Below are positions 1 through 9,690 of a DNA stretch of 58,147 nucleotides, piece by piece. The notes under the pieces are model-generated. The model saw only the letters and a program-made list of their open reading frames with translations. It was not told where the DNA came from and made no database searches. Source of the stretch: Bacteroidales bacterium (GTDB lineage: Bacteria > Bacteroidota > Bacteroidia > Bacteroidales > F082); NCBI GenBank assembly GCA_027022105.1, contig JALVZH010000301.1:1-58147 (forward strand), given 5' to 3'. Made by a program: the position numbers and the translations under genes. The stretch's first letter is position 1. Each line of letters opens with the position of its first letter.

Positions 1-156
1 GAAAAAATTTTAAGAAAAGAAAAAAAAGCATTAGAAGATCGAAAATTTGAACCAATGACTCAGGACGAATTGAATAAACGAATTGACCAATCGGAATCGG
101 ATTTCCGGAACAACCGGTTCAAAAGCAGTTCCAAACTTTTAACCAAATACGAATAA
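1..156 (+). CDS. 3' part of probable antitoxin of the RelE/ParE pair (truncated by window edge)
   Basis: Frame 1 is open from base 1 (EKILRKEKKALEDRKFEPMTQDELNKRIDQSESDFRNNRFKSSSKLLTKYE*). Its TAA overlaps the toxin ATG (TAATG). Confidence 0.7.
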   Translation, partial: EKILRKEKKALEDRKFEPMTQDELNKRIDQSESDFRNNRFKSSSKLLTKYE

Positions 157-473
157 TGGTTTTGAAAATCATTTGGTCTGAATTTGCTGAAACCCAACTT
201 GACGAAATTTATGATTATTACAAAAAGAGAGTGGGTACAAGGGTTGCCAAAAAACTTGTGAGAGAGATTATTAACGAACCAAAAAAGTTAATAAATTCAC
301 CACTGATCGGACAAAAAGAAGAATTATTAGAACAAAGAGAAATTGAATATCGATATTTGGTTTTTAAAAACTACAAACTGATTTATTCTATAGACAATCG
401 AAACGGATATATAAAGATTGCCGATGTTTTTGATACCCGACAAAATCCTCAAAAACTGAAACGAACAAAATAA
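156..473 (+). CDS. Type II TA toxin, RelE/ParE family
   Basis: 105 aa; IIWSEFAETQLDEIYDY N-terminus, YRYLVFKNYKLIY core, VFDTRQNP C-terminal motif. Confidence 0.85.
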   Translation: MVLKIIWSEFAETQLDEIYDYYKKRVGTRVAKKLVREIINEPKKLINSPLIGQKEELLEQREIEYRYLVFKNYKLIYSIDNRNGYIKIADVFDTRQNPQKLKRTK

Positions 474-537
474 AGCCGGTTACCAACCGTTAGGCTTTAT
501 GCAAAAATCGGGGTCTGTACAATGCCAAAAATTGCCT

Positions 538-545
538 TACCTTTG
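538..545 (+). promoter_or_regulatory. Bacteroidota -7 promoter box (TACCTTTG) for serS
   Basis: Matches TAnnTTTG, 16 nt before ATG 562. Confidence 0.65.
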
Positions 546-561
546 CAAAAAATTTAAGAGG

Positions 562-1833
562 ATGCTTGAATTACACAGAATACGCAATGAAAAAGAGGCC
601 GTTATAAAGGGTCTTGCCGTTAAAAATTTCGATGCCGCCGCTTTGGTGGAAGAAATTATAGAGATAGACAACAAACGCCGGAAAATTCAAAAAGAATCGG
701 ACGATGCGCTGGCCGAAGCCAACAAAATTGCAAAGATGATAGGACGGTTTTTTAAGGAGGGCAAAAGAGATGAAGCCGAAAAGGCAAAAGAGGAGAGCAC
801 CCGCCTGAAAGCCAAAACCAAAGAGCTGGGCGCACAATTGGACGAACTTGTAAAACTGTTGCACAACAAGCTGGTAGAGTTGCCCAACCTGCCCCATGCG
901 TCGGTTCCCCAAGGCAACAGCGATGCCGACAACGAGGTGGTTTACAAAGAGGGAAACCTTCCGCAATTGGATGAAAGTGCAATGCCCCACTGGGATTTGG
1001 CAAAAAAATACAACATCATTGACTTTGACCTCGGCAGCAAAGTTACCGGCGCCGGATTTCCCTTTTATCGCGGACAGGGCGCAAGGCTGCAACGTGCACT
1101 CATCAACTTTTTCTTAGACGAAGCCATAAGCGCGGGCTATCTGGAATACCAGCCGCCCCTGTTGATTAACGAAGATTCGGGATTCGGAACAGGACAGTTG
1201 CCCGACAAAGAGGGACAGATGTATTATGTGGGAGAAGACAACCTCTATCTTATTCCCACCGCCGAAGTGCCGGTTACCAATATCTACCGGAATGTGATTT
1301 TGCAGGAGAAAGACCTTCCCGTCAAAAACGTTGCCTATTCCAACTGTTTCAGGCGCGAGGCCGGCTCTTACGGAAAAGATGTGCGCGGCCTCAACCGGCT
1401 GCATCAGTTCGACAAAGTGGAAATAGTTCAGATACAGCATCCCGACAAATCGTACGATACACTGGAAGAGATGAAAGAGCATGTGGCGGGACTGCTGCGC
1501 AAGCTGGAACTGCCGTTTCGCATCCTGAGGCTTTGCGGTGGTGACCTGAGCTTTACCTCGGCGCTCACTTTCGACTTCGAGGTCTGGTCTGCAGCACAAA
1601 AAAGGTGGTTGGAGGTGAGCTCGGTTTCCAATTTCGAGAGCTACCAGGCCAACCGTATGAAACTTCGGTTTAAGACCAAAGAGGGGAAAACCCGGCTGGC
1701 ACACACCCTCAACGGTAGCGCCCTGGCACTGCCGAGAATTGTTGCCGCACTGCTGGAAAACAACCAGACAGCCGATGGAATAAGGATTCCCGCAGCACTG
1801 CATTCCTATACAGGTTTCGAAATGATTAAGTAA
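562..1833 (+). CDS. serS: Serine--tRNA ligase
   Basis: LIPTAEVP, CFRREAGSYGKDVRGLNRLHQFDKVE and HTLNGSALA motifs, plus N-terminal coiled coil. Start moved from 499 to ATG 562 (MLELHRIR), downstream of the promoter box. Confidence 0.97.
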   Translation: MLELHRIRNEKEAVIKGLAVKNFDAAALVEEIIEIDNKRRKIQKESDDALAEANKIAKMIGRFFKEGKRDEAEKAKEESTRLKAKTKELGAQLDELVKLLHNKLVELPNLPHASVPQGNSDADNEVVYKEGNLPQLDESAMPHWDLAKKYNIIDFDLGSKVTGAGFPFYRGQGARLQRALINFFLDEAISAGYLEYQPPLLINEDSGFGTGQLPDKEGQMYYVGEDNLYLIPTAEVPVTNIYRNVILQEKDLPVKNVAYSNCFRREAGSYGKDVRGLNRLHQFDKVEIVQIQHPDKSYDTLEEMKEHVAGLLRKLELPFRILRLCGGDLSFTSALTFDFEVWSAAQKRWLEVSSVSNFESYQANRMKLRFKTKEGKTRLAHTLNGSALALPRIVAALLENNQTADGIRIPAALHSYTGFEMIK

Positions 1834-2369
1834 TGCTAAAGCATAAGTTTTTCAGGTTTCTGTTGCCGGTAATTCTTTTACCGCTTCTTTTTTCCGGTTG
1901 CAAAAACCGCGAAAACAGCGCCCCCTATGTGCAACAAACCGACAGCCTTCTGCGCCGGCTCGACTCTTCGGCCTATTATTTCAACAAAATAGATACCGTT
2001 GCTTTGAAAGCCACCATGCTGTACTGCAAAGAGATCGTTGAAAAGCCGGGAAACATGAAATCGAAACAAGCCGATTCATTATTATTGGAATTTGGCCACA
2101 GATACCGTATTTACAAGCACTTTTTAAAAAAATACGGAAAACTCAAAAAAGAGCTGACCTTTTCGAAAAATCAGTTGCAGAATTTACGCCACGATTTGCA
2201 ATACGAACTAATAGAAAAGGGGAAAGATTCGCTATATTACAACCAGGAACGAAAAGCACTGAACCACCTGCGGCGTGAAATTTCGCTCTATTACCAAAGA
2301 ATACTGGAACAAAACCGGCAGATGGAGCGCCTCAAAAAGATAACCGAAAGTTTGGAATCAATAAATTGA
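1833..2369 (+). CDS. Hypothetical helical lipoprotein
   Basis: Signal peptide with lipobox LFSGC; overlaps the serS stop; coiled-coil-like sequence. Confidence 0.7.
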   Translation: MLKHKFFRFLLPVILLPLLFSGCKNRENSAPYVQQTDSLLRRLDSSAYYFNKIDTVALKATMLYCKEIVEKPGNMKSKQADSLLLEFGHRYRIYKHFLKKYGKLKKELTFSKNQLQNLRHDLQYELIEKGKDSLYYNQERKALNHLRREISLYYQRILEQNRQMERLKKITESLESIN

Positions 2370-4273
2370 TGATGCTGAAACGTGCATATAAATATCTGTT
2401 TTTGTTTCTGTTACCGTTTGGGGTAATATCACCCGCCCATGCGCAGGAGATACTTCATTTGCAGAAAAACCAAACCATTGGCAACGGACAGCAGGCACAG
2501 AAACAGAAAGAGCGGCTGGCACATTATTACTACCTGAACCACGACTATGAAAAGGCGGCACAACTGTTCGGTGAACTGTTTAAAAAGAAACCCAACAACT
2601 ACTATTACACCTATTATTTAAACTCGCTCATATTTTTAAAAGATTACAAAGAGGCCGCCGCCCTGACCAAAAAACAGAGTAAAAAGTATTCGTCGAATTA
2701 CCGCTATCAGGTTGATTACGCCTATGTTCTGGAACAGGCGGGCAACACCAAAAAATCGAAAAAGGTAATTCAAAAGCTTATTAACAGGGTTCCCCGCAAC
2801 AGAGCCGATGTGATTAACCTGGCCAATGCCCTGCAATCGAAAGGATATGCACGCGAGGCCATAGTCGTTTACGAAAAGGCCATGAGTATGCCCGGCAACA
2901 GCTATTCGTACAACCTGGAACGGGCCAATGCATACCGGCTGGCAGGCGATTACGATAAGATGTTCGATGCTTACCTCAATTACCTGAAAAACAACCCCGG
3001 CAACGGCCAGTTGGTAAAAAACCGCCTGCAATTCACCCTCAATTATGATGTGGACAACAACCTGAGCGGACTGTTGAAGAAGAAACTGCTTGTGAAAGTT
3101 CAAAAGCATCCCGATAATTTTGCTTACAACGATTTGCTGCTTTGGCTTTCCATGCAAACCGGCGATTTTGAAACGGCGCTGCGACAGGCCAAAGCCATTG
3201 ATCGCAGATTCGGAGGCCATGAAGAGGAGGTGTATAATCTGGCAAGGATAGCGCTTTCAAACGGAAAAACGGAGATTGCCGGAAAGGCATTTGAATACCT
3301 GAAAAAGAAAGGGGAAAACGGAGATTATTACATAGAGGGTTATGCCGGCTGGCTGAAAACAAAAATCAAAGTTGCGGAAGCCGGTTATCCTGCCGACATT
3401 GAAATGCTAAAAATTTTGGATAAGGAGGGGGATAAATTTTTGGATGAGGCAGGCATCAATAAAGAGACTGCTGAAACCGTTAAAGAGCTGGCCGAAGTAA
3501 AAGCCTTTTATCTCAACCGTCCTCACGAAGCGGAAGCCCTTTTGAACAGGGCACTGGAAACACCGTCGTTGAACCCCAAACAGAAAGCGGAGGTAAAAAT
3601 GCTGCTTGCCGGTGTATTGTTTTTCGAAAACAAAAGCTGGGATGCTTCGCTGCTCTATTCGCAGGTGGAACTGGACATGAAAAACGAACCCATCGGACAC
3701 CTGGCAAAATACAAAAATGCCCTGCTTTTTTATTATATGGGTGAATATCAATGGGCCAAAGCGCGATTGGACATTTTAAAGGCCGCCACATCCAAACTCA
3801 TTGCCAACGATGCGCTGGAGATGTCGCTGTTCATTAAAGAGGTGCTGGACGAAGACACGCTGGGATTTACCTTGAAAATCTTTGGTGCCGCCGACCGTTT
3901 TTTGGCATGGCACAAACCCGACAGTGCCCTGGTGTGGTTGCAAAAGATAGAAGATGATGCCCCGGGCCCTGTTTCGTTGCAGTTTGTCCTTTTTAAAAAA
4001 GGTGCCGTTTATGAGCAATTGCGCCGGTACAGGGAAGCCGATTCGGTTTATACAAATCTTGTTACCCTCTACCCCGGAAGCATTAAGGCCGACGACGCCC
4101 TGTTTGCAGCGGCGAAAATAGAAGAGGAATACCTGGGGTTGCCCGATGAAGCGGCAAAAAAATACCTGCAAATAATGAAATCTTACCCCGAAAGTGTCTT
4201 TTCGGCGGAAGCACGGAAACGCTACCGGAAAATAAAAGGGGAAATAAAAGAGACAGAAGATGGTGCGTCCTAA
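2366..4273 (+). CDS. Exported tetratricopeptide-repeat protein
   Basis: Signal peptide ending AHA-Q and repeated TPR-like helices. The exact start may be ATG 2369 or 2372. Confidence 0.85.
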   Translation: MMMLKRAYKYLFLFLLPFGVISPAHAQEILHLQKNQTIGNGQQAQKQKERLAHYYYLNHDYEKAAQLFGELFKKKPNNYYYTYYLNSLIFLKDYKEAAALTKKQSKKYSSNYRYQVDYAYVLEQAGNTKKSKKVIQKLINRVPRNRADVINLANALQSKGYAREAIVVYEKAMSMPGNSYSYNLERANAYRLAGDYDKMFDAYLNYLKNNPGNGQLVKNRLQFTLNYDVDNNLSGLLKKKLLVKVQKHPDNFAYNDLLLWLSMQTGDFETALRQAKAIDRRFGGHEEEVYNLARIALSNGKTEIAGKAFEYLKKKGENGDYYIEGYAGWLKTKIKVAEAGYPADIEMLKILDKEGDKFLDEAGINKETAETVKELAEVKAFYLNRPHEAEALLNRALETPSLNPKQKAEVKMLLAGVLFFENKSWDASLLYSQVELDMKNEPIGHLAKYKNALLFYYMGEYQWAKARLDILKAATSKLIANDALEMSLFIKEVLDEDTLGFTLKIFGAADRFLAWHKPDSALVWLQKIEDDAPGPVSLQFVLFKKGAVYEQLRRYREADSVYTNLVTLYPGSIKADDALFAAAKIEEEYLGLPDEAAKKYLQIMKSYPESVFSAEARKRYRKIKGEIKETEDGAS

Positions 4274-5012
4274 AAAACAGCTCGGACAACATTTTCTTAC
4301 CGATAAAAATATTGCCGGTAAAATCGTCGGCTGCCTGCAAAACCCGTTGGAAACAGTATGCGAGGTGGGGCCGGGAACAGGTGTGCTTACCCGTTTTCTT
4401 CTTGAAAAAGAGTATAAAAAAATCAACCTGATAGAGATTGACGGTGAATCGGTTGAATACCTGAACGAAAATTTTTCCGATGAACGGTTAACCGTTTTGC
4501 ACACCGATTTTTTGAAAACCGATCTGCGAAAAATCATTGACAAACCGGCAGCTTTAATAGGCAATTTTCCTTACAACATCTCTTCACAGATATTTTTCCG
4601 CCTCATTGAGCACCGCGACCTGTTTCCCGAAACGGTGGGCATGATACAAAAAGAGGTGGCGGAGCGCATTGTGGCTGCACCGGGTTCAAAAACCTACGGC
4701 ATTCTCAGTGTTTTGCTGCAGGCATGGTTTCGTATTCAATACTGTTTTACGGTGAACGAAACGGTATTTTTTCCGCCGCCAAAGGTAAAATCGGCTGTAA
4801 TCCGTTTGGTGAGAAACGAAAAAGAGAATATCGGATGTAATGAGTCGCTGTTTATCAAAGTGGTGAAGACCGGATTCAACCAGCGCCGCAAAACATTGGG
4901 AAATTCGCTGAAACCTCTCAATCTTCCCCTGCCCCACAGCGATTTGCTGAAAAAGCGTGCCGAGCAGTTGAGTGTTGATGATTTTGTCCGCCTGACAAAG
5001 ATGCTGGAATAA
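4260..5012 (+). CDS. rsmA: 16S rRNA m6,2A dimethyltransferase
   Basis: PKKQLGQHFL, EVGPGTGVLT, GNFPYNISS, FFPPPKVKSAV and RAEQLS motifs. Confidence 0.96.
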   Translation: MVRPKKQLGQHFLTDKNIAGKIVGCLQNPLETVCEVGPGTGVLTRFLLEKEYKKINLIEIDGESVEYLNENFSDERLTVLHTDFLKTDLRKIIDKPAALIGNFPYNISSQIFFRLIEHRDLFPETVGMIQKEVAERIVAAPGSKTYGILSVLLQAWFRIQYCFTVNETVFFPPPKVKSAVIRLVRNEKENIGCNESLFIKVVKTGFNQRRKTLGNSLKPLNLPLPHSDLLKKRAEQLSVDDFVRLTKMLE

Positions 5013-5057
5013 AAACCGGTTGTATATCAAAATGAAAAGATACGGACGTTAAATATA

Positions 5058-6395
5058 TCAATAACAACTTTCCAATATGGGTTTTATTTGACCGATAAGA
5101 TAAAACGGGATATTTATCAACCGGAACATTTTACCTTTTATCGTTTTGGTATCTTCAATTCTGTAATTGCCGGCATATATCCTTATTGCCAAATTGTGAG
5201 GGGCCTCATCCATAAATCTGTGAAGCGACCGCAACCGGCCACTGGCACCGGACTTAACTTCAATAGGAATCAATATGTCATTCCACGGAAATACATAATC
5301 AATTTCTGCCTGGGCATTTGATTTTTTGGGAACCCAAAAATTTAACTTTGACCTGACCGAAGAAGAAAGTGTTAGTAATTCCTGACCGGCTATGTGTTCG
5401 GCAATTTTCCCGTTATATACCTCGTCAATGCGTTTTGAAACGACCAGCTGCTTTTGAAGACCTGCCGAATAGTTGACAAGTCCTGTATCAAGCATCAATA
5501 ATTTTGGCGAAAAACCCAATTTTTCTTCAATTGGAAGTGTTGTCCGGGTTACAGGATAAACTAATTTTAACAGCATGGCCTTTTCAAGGATTCTGAATGC
5601 TTCGCCCATTTCCCGGGAACGGTAGTCCGATTTTCCGAAATTTGCGAATGTTATCCTTGAGCCGGCATATTGAAAGGCGGTATCAATAATATGTCTTACT
5701 ACCTGAACCATTGTTTGAGTGCGAGCATATTTTTCTACGTCATCCTGATACGAAACAATCAGACGGTCATATATTCTTTCCAATCGTTTCATGTCCCTCG
5801 ACTCCGAATATTCATTTAATATTTCCGGCATACCCCCGATTACCGTATAATTTTTAAACAGTTCTATTAATTTATCGTGTGCATATTCAGGTACCTCTAT
5901 TTGTCTTATTAGCTCGCGACTTTTTTCTTCGCCTGTTGCAATAAGGTACTCATCAAACGAACATGGCCGAACAGGCAAATAATCAACTCTGCCAACGGGA
6001 AAGGATATTCTGTTATCTATCAACGTTTCAAGAAGCGAACCGGCAGCAATTACATATAGCTGCGGGGCCTCTTCATATAAGTACCTGAGTGTTGCCACTG
6101 CATTGGGGCTGTTTTGTATTTCGTCGATAAACAGAAGTGTTTTGCCTTTACCTTTTTCCGCATCTTTTATATAGAATATTGCATCAAGTAACTTGGGAAT
6201 ATTAAAAGAACCGTCGAAAAGTTTTTTTTCCTCTTCTTTTTCAAGGTTCAGATATATGTATTGATCGAAATCTTTAGCAAAGATATTGACGAGTGTGGTT
6301 TTTCCTGTCTGTCTTGCTCCCCTGAGAACCAATGGTTTGCGATTCTTCTCTGCTGCCCATGCTCTTAATTTATCAATGTCGTTTCGGTAAAACAT
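5058..6395 (-). CDS. AAA+ ATPase with C-terminal DUF4143 / PD-(D/E)xK-like domain
   Basis: Walker A GARQTGKT, Walker B LFIDEIQ, GGMPE, PKLLMLDTGL, EIDY...PIEVKSG. Confidence 0.88.
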   Translation of the reverse strand: MFYRNDIDKLRAWAAEKNRKPLVLRGARQTGKTTLVNIFAKDFDQYIYLNLEKEEEKKLFDGSFNIPKLLDAIFYIKDAEKGKGKTLLFIDEIQNSPNAVATLRYLYEEAPQLYVIAAGSLLETLIDNRISFPVGRVDYLPVRPCSFDEYLIATGEEKSRELIRQIEVPEYAHDKLIELFKNYTVIGGMPEILNEYSESRDMKRLERIYDRLIVSYQDDVEKYARTQTMVQVVRHIIDTAFQYAGSRITFANFGKSDYRSREMGEAFRILEKAMLLKLVYPVTRTTLPIEEKLGFSPKLLMLDTGLVNYSAGLQKQLVVSKRIDEVYNGKIAEHIAGQELLTLSSSVRSKLNFWVPKKSNAQAEIDYVFPWNDILIPIEVKSGASGRLRSLHRFMDEAPHNLAIRIYAGNYRIEDTKTIKGKMFRLINIPFYLIGQIKPILESCY

Positions 6396-6402
6396 AACAA
6401 AT

Positions 6403-6490
6403 ATTGTAACAAATCAGGGGATAAAATTATACATTTTTGTAATAAAACACAACATAAAATGCAAATAATTTGTAATAAAACACAATATAA
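6403..6490. repeat. Three direct repeats with 33-bp period upstream of the AAA ATPase
   Basis: TTTGTAATAAAACACAA is exact at 6436 and 6469; a degenerate copy lies at 6403. Confidence 0.6.
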
Positions 6491-6499
6491 TTGGTTTTA

Positions 6500-6814
6500 T
6501 TATTCCTGTTCTTTTTCGTTCAAGATTTGATATTCATCTTCCTCACCCTCACCAACCGCCTTTTTCCTTTTCAAATAATATTTTGCGCCGACAAACTGCC
6601 CGAAAAAGAAAGCCCCCACAAGAAAGGGGTAGGTATAGAACTGAAAACCGAGATGAAAATGAAACCGCATAAAAACAACAAGCGGAATGGGCAGGTGCAC
6701 CGCCAGAAACCATTTCCACGAGAATTTCTTCACCGACGCCCGCCAATACCCGAAAGGCATGTTAACAATAAATGTGAGCAGGGTTACAATTGCCAGGTTA
6801 TAGTATTCATTCAT
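6500..6814 (-). CDS. Small hypothetical membrane protein
   Basis: Start at ATG 6814 (MNEYYNLAIV), preceded by TACTTTTG at 6844-6837. Three hydrophobic segments; PFGYWR and WFLAVHLPIP motifs. Confidence 0.8.
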   Translation of the reverse strand: MNEYYNLAIVTLLTFIVNMPFGYWRASVKKFSWKWFLAVHLPIPLVVFMRFHFHLGFQFYTYPFLVGAFFFGQFVGAKYYLKRKKAVGEGEEDEYQILNEKEQE

Positions 6815-6947
6815 GTTTAATACAAAATTATGCGGGCAAAAGTAAACATTATTTTTTGCAGGTATATCATACCAAATCAGGTAATCAAACCGGTTAAAAT
6901 TCAGATATATTTTGTTTAAAATAATAGAGGGTTGGTACAACACTAAT

Positions 6948-7149
6948 AACTTGTTTAAAGTCTAAACATTTGATGAATTATAAAATATTGAAAACCAGAA
7001 AAATGAATATCTTTTTTTAATAAACCCACCCCTACACCTCCCGACGTAAAGTCGGGACAAGCTCTCCAAGGAGGGGAATAATGGAATTCATTTTCTGGTT
7101 TTCAATATTTTATACTCATTGTCATCAGGTTAACTTTAAAAAACTTCTA
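6948..7149 (+). repeat. Dispersed palindromic repeat family A, copy 1 (MITE/REP-like; core 6979-7114)
   Basis: About 29-bp inverted arms around ACCCACCCCTAC...GGAGGGGAA; homologous to 34200-34299 and 42831-42934. Confidence 0.85.
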
Positions 7150-7432
7150 AGAATAAATACATATAAAATTGATGATTTGTAGGAATGAAAAAAGTTTTTA
7201 TTCATGCAGAAAGCATGAAGAAAAACCCCGTAATTCGTAAAATTCGCGCAATTAGATGAAAAAAATATCATCGAATTACACTAATTCTCCTAATTTAATC
7301 TCGCGACAAGCGAGACTAAATTCTTCATATTATACCAATTGGGTCAGAGTCAGGATAATGGATTTATTCAAGACGGATTATTAGCTCGTTAACTTTACAA
7401 ACCCCAATAATTATAAAACCCGTTAACAATGT

Positions 7433-9574
7433 TTATTTCAAATAATCATCAAAATATGCCTTTATCTTCCGGTTCAGATGGACTCTGGCTTTTCCGCGTA
7501 CACCGTGTTTTTGTCCCGGATATACGAAATAATCAATCAATTTGTTTTGTTCCACCGCTTTTTCAATGAGCAGCAGACTGTGTTGCCACACTACCGTGGG
7601 ATCGATGGTTCCGTGGATGAGCAGCAGATGCCCCTGCAGGTTCTGAACATAATTCAGCAGCGACGACTCTTTAAATCCTTCGGGATTCTCTTTTTCGGTA
7701 TCCATGTAGCGCTCGCCGTACATCACCTCATAATATTTCCAGTCGATAACCGGGCCGCCGCCAACCCCAACCTTGAACACGCCGGGGGTGCGCAACATCA
7801 GCGAGGTGGTCATAAACCCGCCGAAACTCCAGCCGTGCACACCAATGCGGGTAGAATCGACATAAGGCAACGATTTCAGATACTTCACACCCGTCAGTTG
7901 GTCTTTTATCTCATTGGTTCCCAAATGGCGGTGGATGATCTGTTCAAAATCCCTTCCGCGGTTGGCCGACCCGTGGTTGTCCAGCGTAAAAATCAGGTAT
8001 CCGTTCTCTGCAAGGTAATTCAAAAAGAGCCCTGCACCCCCGAGCCACGAGTCGGTAACAAGCTGCGCATGAGGCCCGCCGTAAACATAAACAATGACGG
8101 GATATTTTTTGGTGCTGTCGAAATCAACCGGTTTAATCATCCTGCAATAAAGGTCGGCACCGTCAATTTCCGATTTCAGGGTGAAAATATCCATCTTGCC
8201 CAGTTTGTAATCTTTCAGGGGTTGTTTGTCCTTTTTAATTACCGTCAGCTCTTTCCCTTTGTAATTCAGCAGTTTATAAATACGGCTTGTTTCCGTATTG
8301 CTGTAAATATCAATAATATATTTCCCGCTCTTACTTATCATTGGTGTATGAGTGCCATGGTCGGGGGTAATGCGGCGGATTTTTCCGTTACGGATATCGG
8401 CGGAATATAAGTTTTGCTCCAGAGGGCTCTCTTTTGTGGCAAGAAAACAGACTTTGTTTCTCCCGTAAAAACCCAAAAAGCGGGTAACAACCCATTTGCC
8501 TTTGGTTACCTGCCGTACCAATTCGCCGTCGGTTTCATACAGGTAGAGATGGTCGTAACCGTCGCGTTCGCTAATCCAGATAAACTGTTCAGGGTTAGAA
8601 GGATTAAAATAGAGCGGATGTTCGGGTTCCACATATTTGGGATTTTCCTCTTCAAAAAGCGTTTGTACAAAGGCGCCGGTTTCCGCATTGTATTTGTTGA
8701 GCCACATATGGTTTTGCTCACGATTGAGGATTGCGAGATAGATAAATTTTCCTTTAGGCCCCCAGGTAACCGATGTAAGATAATGGTCGGTATGGTCGCC
8801 GGTTTCAAGAAAAACCGTACTTTTCTTTTGCACATCGTAAACCCCGAGGTGCACCTCTTCGCTGGTCATTCCGTTCATGGGATATTTTATGTTCTCCACC
8901 TCGGCCACCCGTTTGTCGATATTTATCAGCGGATAGTCCGAAACCTTTGTTTCATCCTTCCGGTAAAAAGCCAGTTTGCTGCCGTCTTTATACCAAAATA
9001 TTCCTTTGTTAATACCGAATTCGTTGCGACTGACGATTTGCCCGTTAACAATTCCCGGATTTTCGTCGCGGGTAACCTGATGCTGTTCTCCCCCCGCAAC
9101 CACATACAGATTGTTCTTAATGGTAAAGGCTATGTTGCCGGCATCATTTCCGGCATCGGTGTTTTCAGCATCTTTGGGAACGGCACCTAACTCTTTAAAG
9201 GTTCTTTCATTGAAATAGTAACGGTAGTAATGATGTTTAAACGCAAACTTTGCCGAATTATCCTTATTAAAATTGAGCGACGGCAGCCTTTTGAGCGTAT
9301 CGTTTTCAGCCTTTAAGAAATCCTCTTTCAACTGTCCGAAAGTAAAAAACAGAGATTCTTTCCCCGTTTTGGCATTGTGTTTCCACACGGTATCGTTTTT
9401 TACATAAACATACGAATCGCTGCTGCCCAGCCACTGAAGGTTTTGTACATAGGCCGGAAAAAGGTTGTAATTTCGCCACGAAGCATCTTCAACAGTCAGT
9501 GTTTTTTTCTGACCCAAAACCGTAAAGTGAAACAGAATCAGCAGGGTAATTGCCGGAAAGAATATCTTTTTCAT
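7433..9574 (-). CDS. Dipeptidyl peptidase IV (S9B family)
   Basis: GWSFGG nucleophile, VYGGPH, HGTIDPTV and YPGQKHG motifs, signal peptide. Start is 9574 or 9583; TAAGTTTG promoter at 9612-9605. Confidence 0.93.
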   Translation of the reverse strand: MKKIFFPAITLLILFHFTVLGQKKTLTVEDASWRNYNLFPAYVQNLQWLGSSDSYVYVKNDTVWKHNAKTGKESLFFTFGQLKEDFLKAENDTLKRLPSLNFNKDNSAKFAFKHHYYRYYFNERTFKELGAVPKDAENTDAGNDAGNIAFTIKNNLYVVAGGEQHQVTRDENPGIVNGQIVSRNEFGINKGIFWYKDGSKLAFYRKDETKVSDYPLINIDKRVAEVENIKYPMNGMTSEEVHLGVYDVQKKSTVFLETGDHTDHYLTSVTWGPKGKFIYLAILNREQNHMWLNKYNAETGAFVQTLFEEENPKYVEPEHPLYFNPSNPEQFIWISERDGYDHLYLYETDGELVRQVTKGKWVVTRFLGFYGRNKVCFLATKESPLEQNLYSADIRNGKIRRITPDHGTHTPMISKSGKYIIDIYSNTETSRIYKLLNYKGKELTVIKKDKQPLKDYKLGKMDIFTLKSEIDGADLYCRMIKPVDFDSTKKYPVIVYVYGGPHAQLVTDSWLGGAGLFLNYLAENGYLIFTLDNHGSANRGRDFEQIIHRHLGTNEIKDQLTGVKYLKSLPYVDSTRIGVHGWSFGGFMTTSLMLRTPGVFKVGVGGGPVIDWKYYEVMYGERYMDTEKENPEGFKESSLLNYVQNLQGHLLLIHGTIDPTVVWQHSLLLIEKAVEQNKLIDYFVYPGQKHGVRGKARVHLNRKIKAYFDDYLK

Positions 9575-9690
9575 GTGTATCATATTTTGAATTTTTTACG
9601 CACGCAAACTTAGGGAAACTTTTTAAAAATAACTGTTCATTCTTTAACAGGAATTTATATTTTAGCCGGCCAAATTAAATAAAAAAAATT

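Noticed and set aside
499-561. N-terminal extensions in the ORF track for serS (also 6943, 34541, 42630, 51050 starts)
   Set aside because: The extensions run through TAnnTTTG promoter boxes, so downstream ATGs are more plausible.
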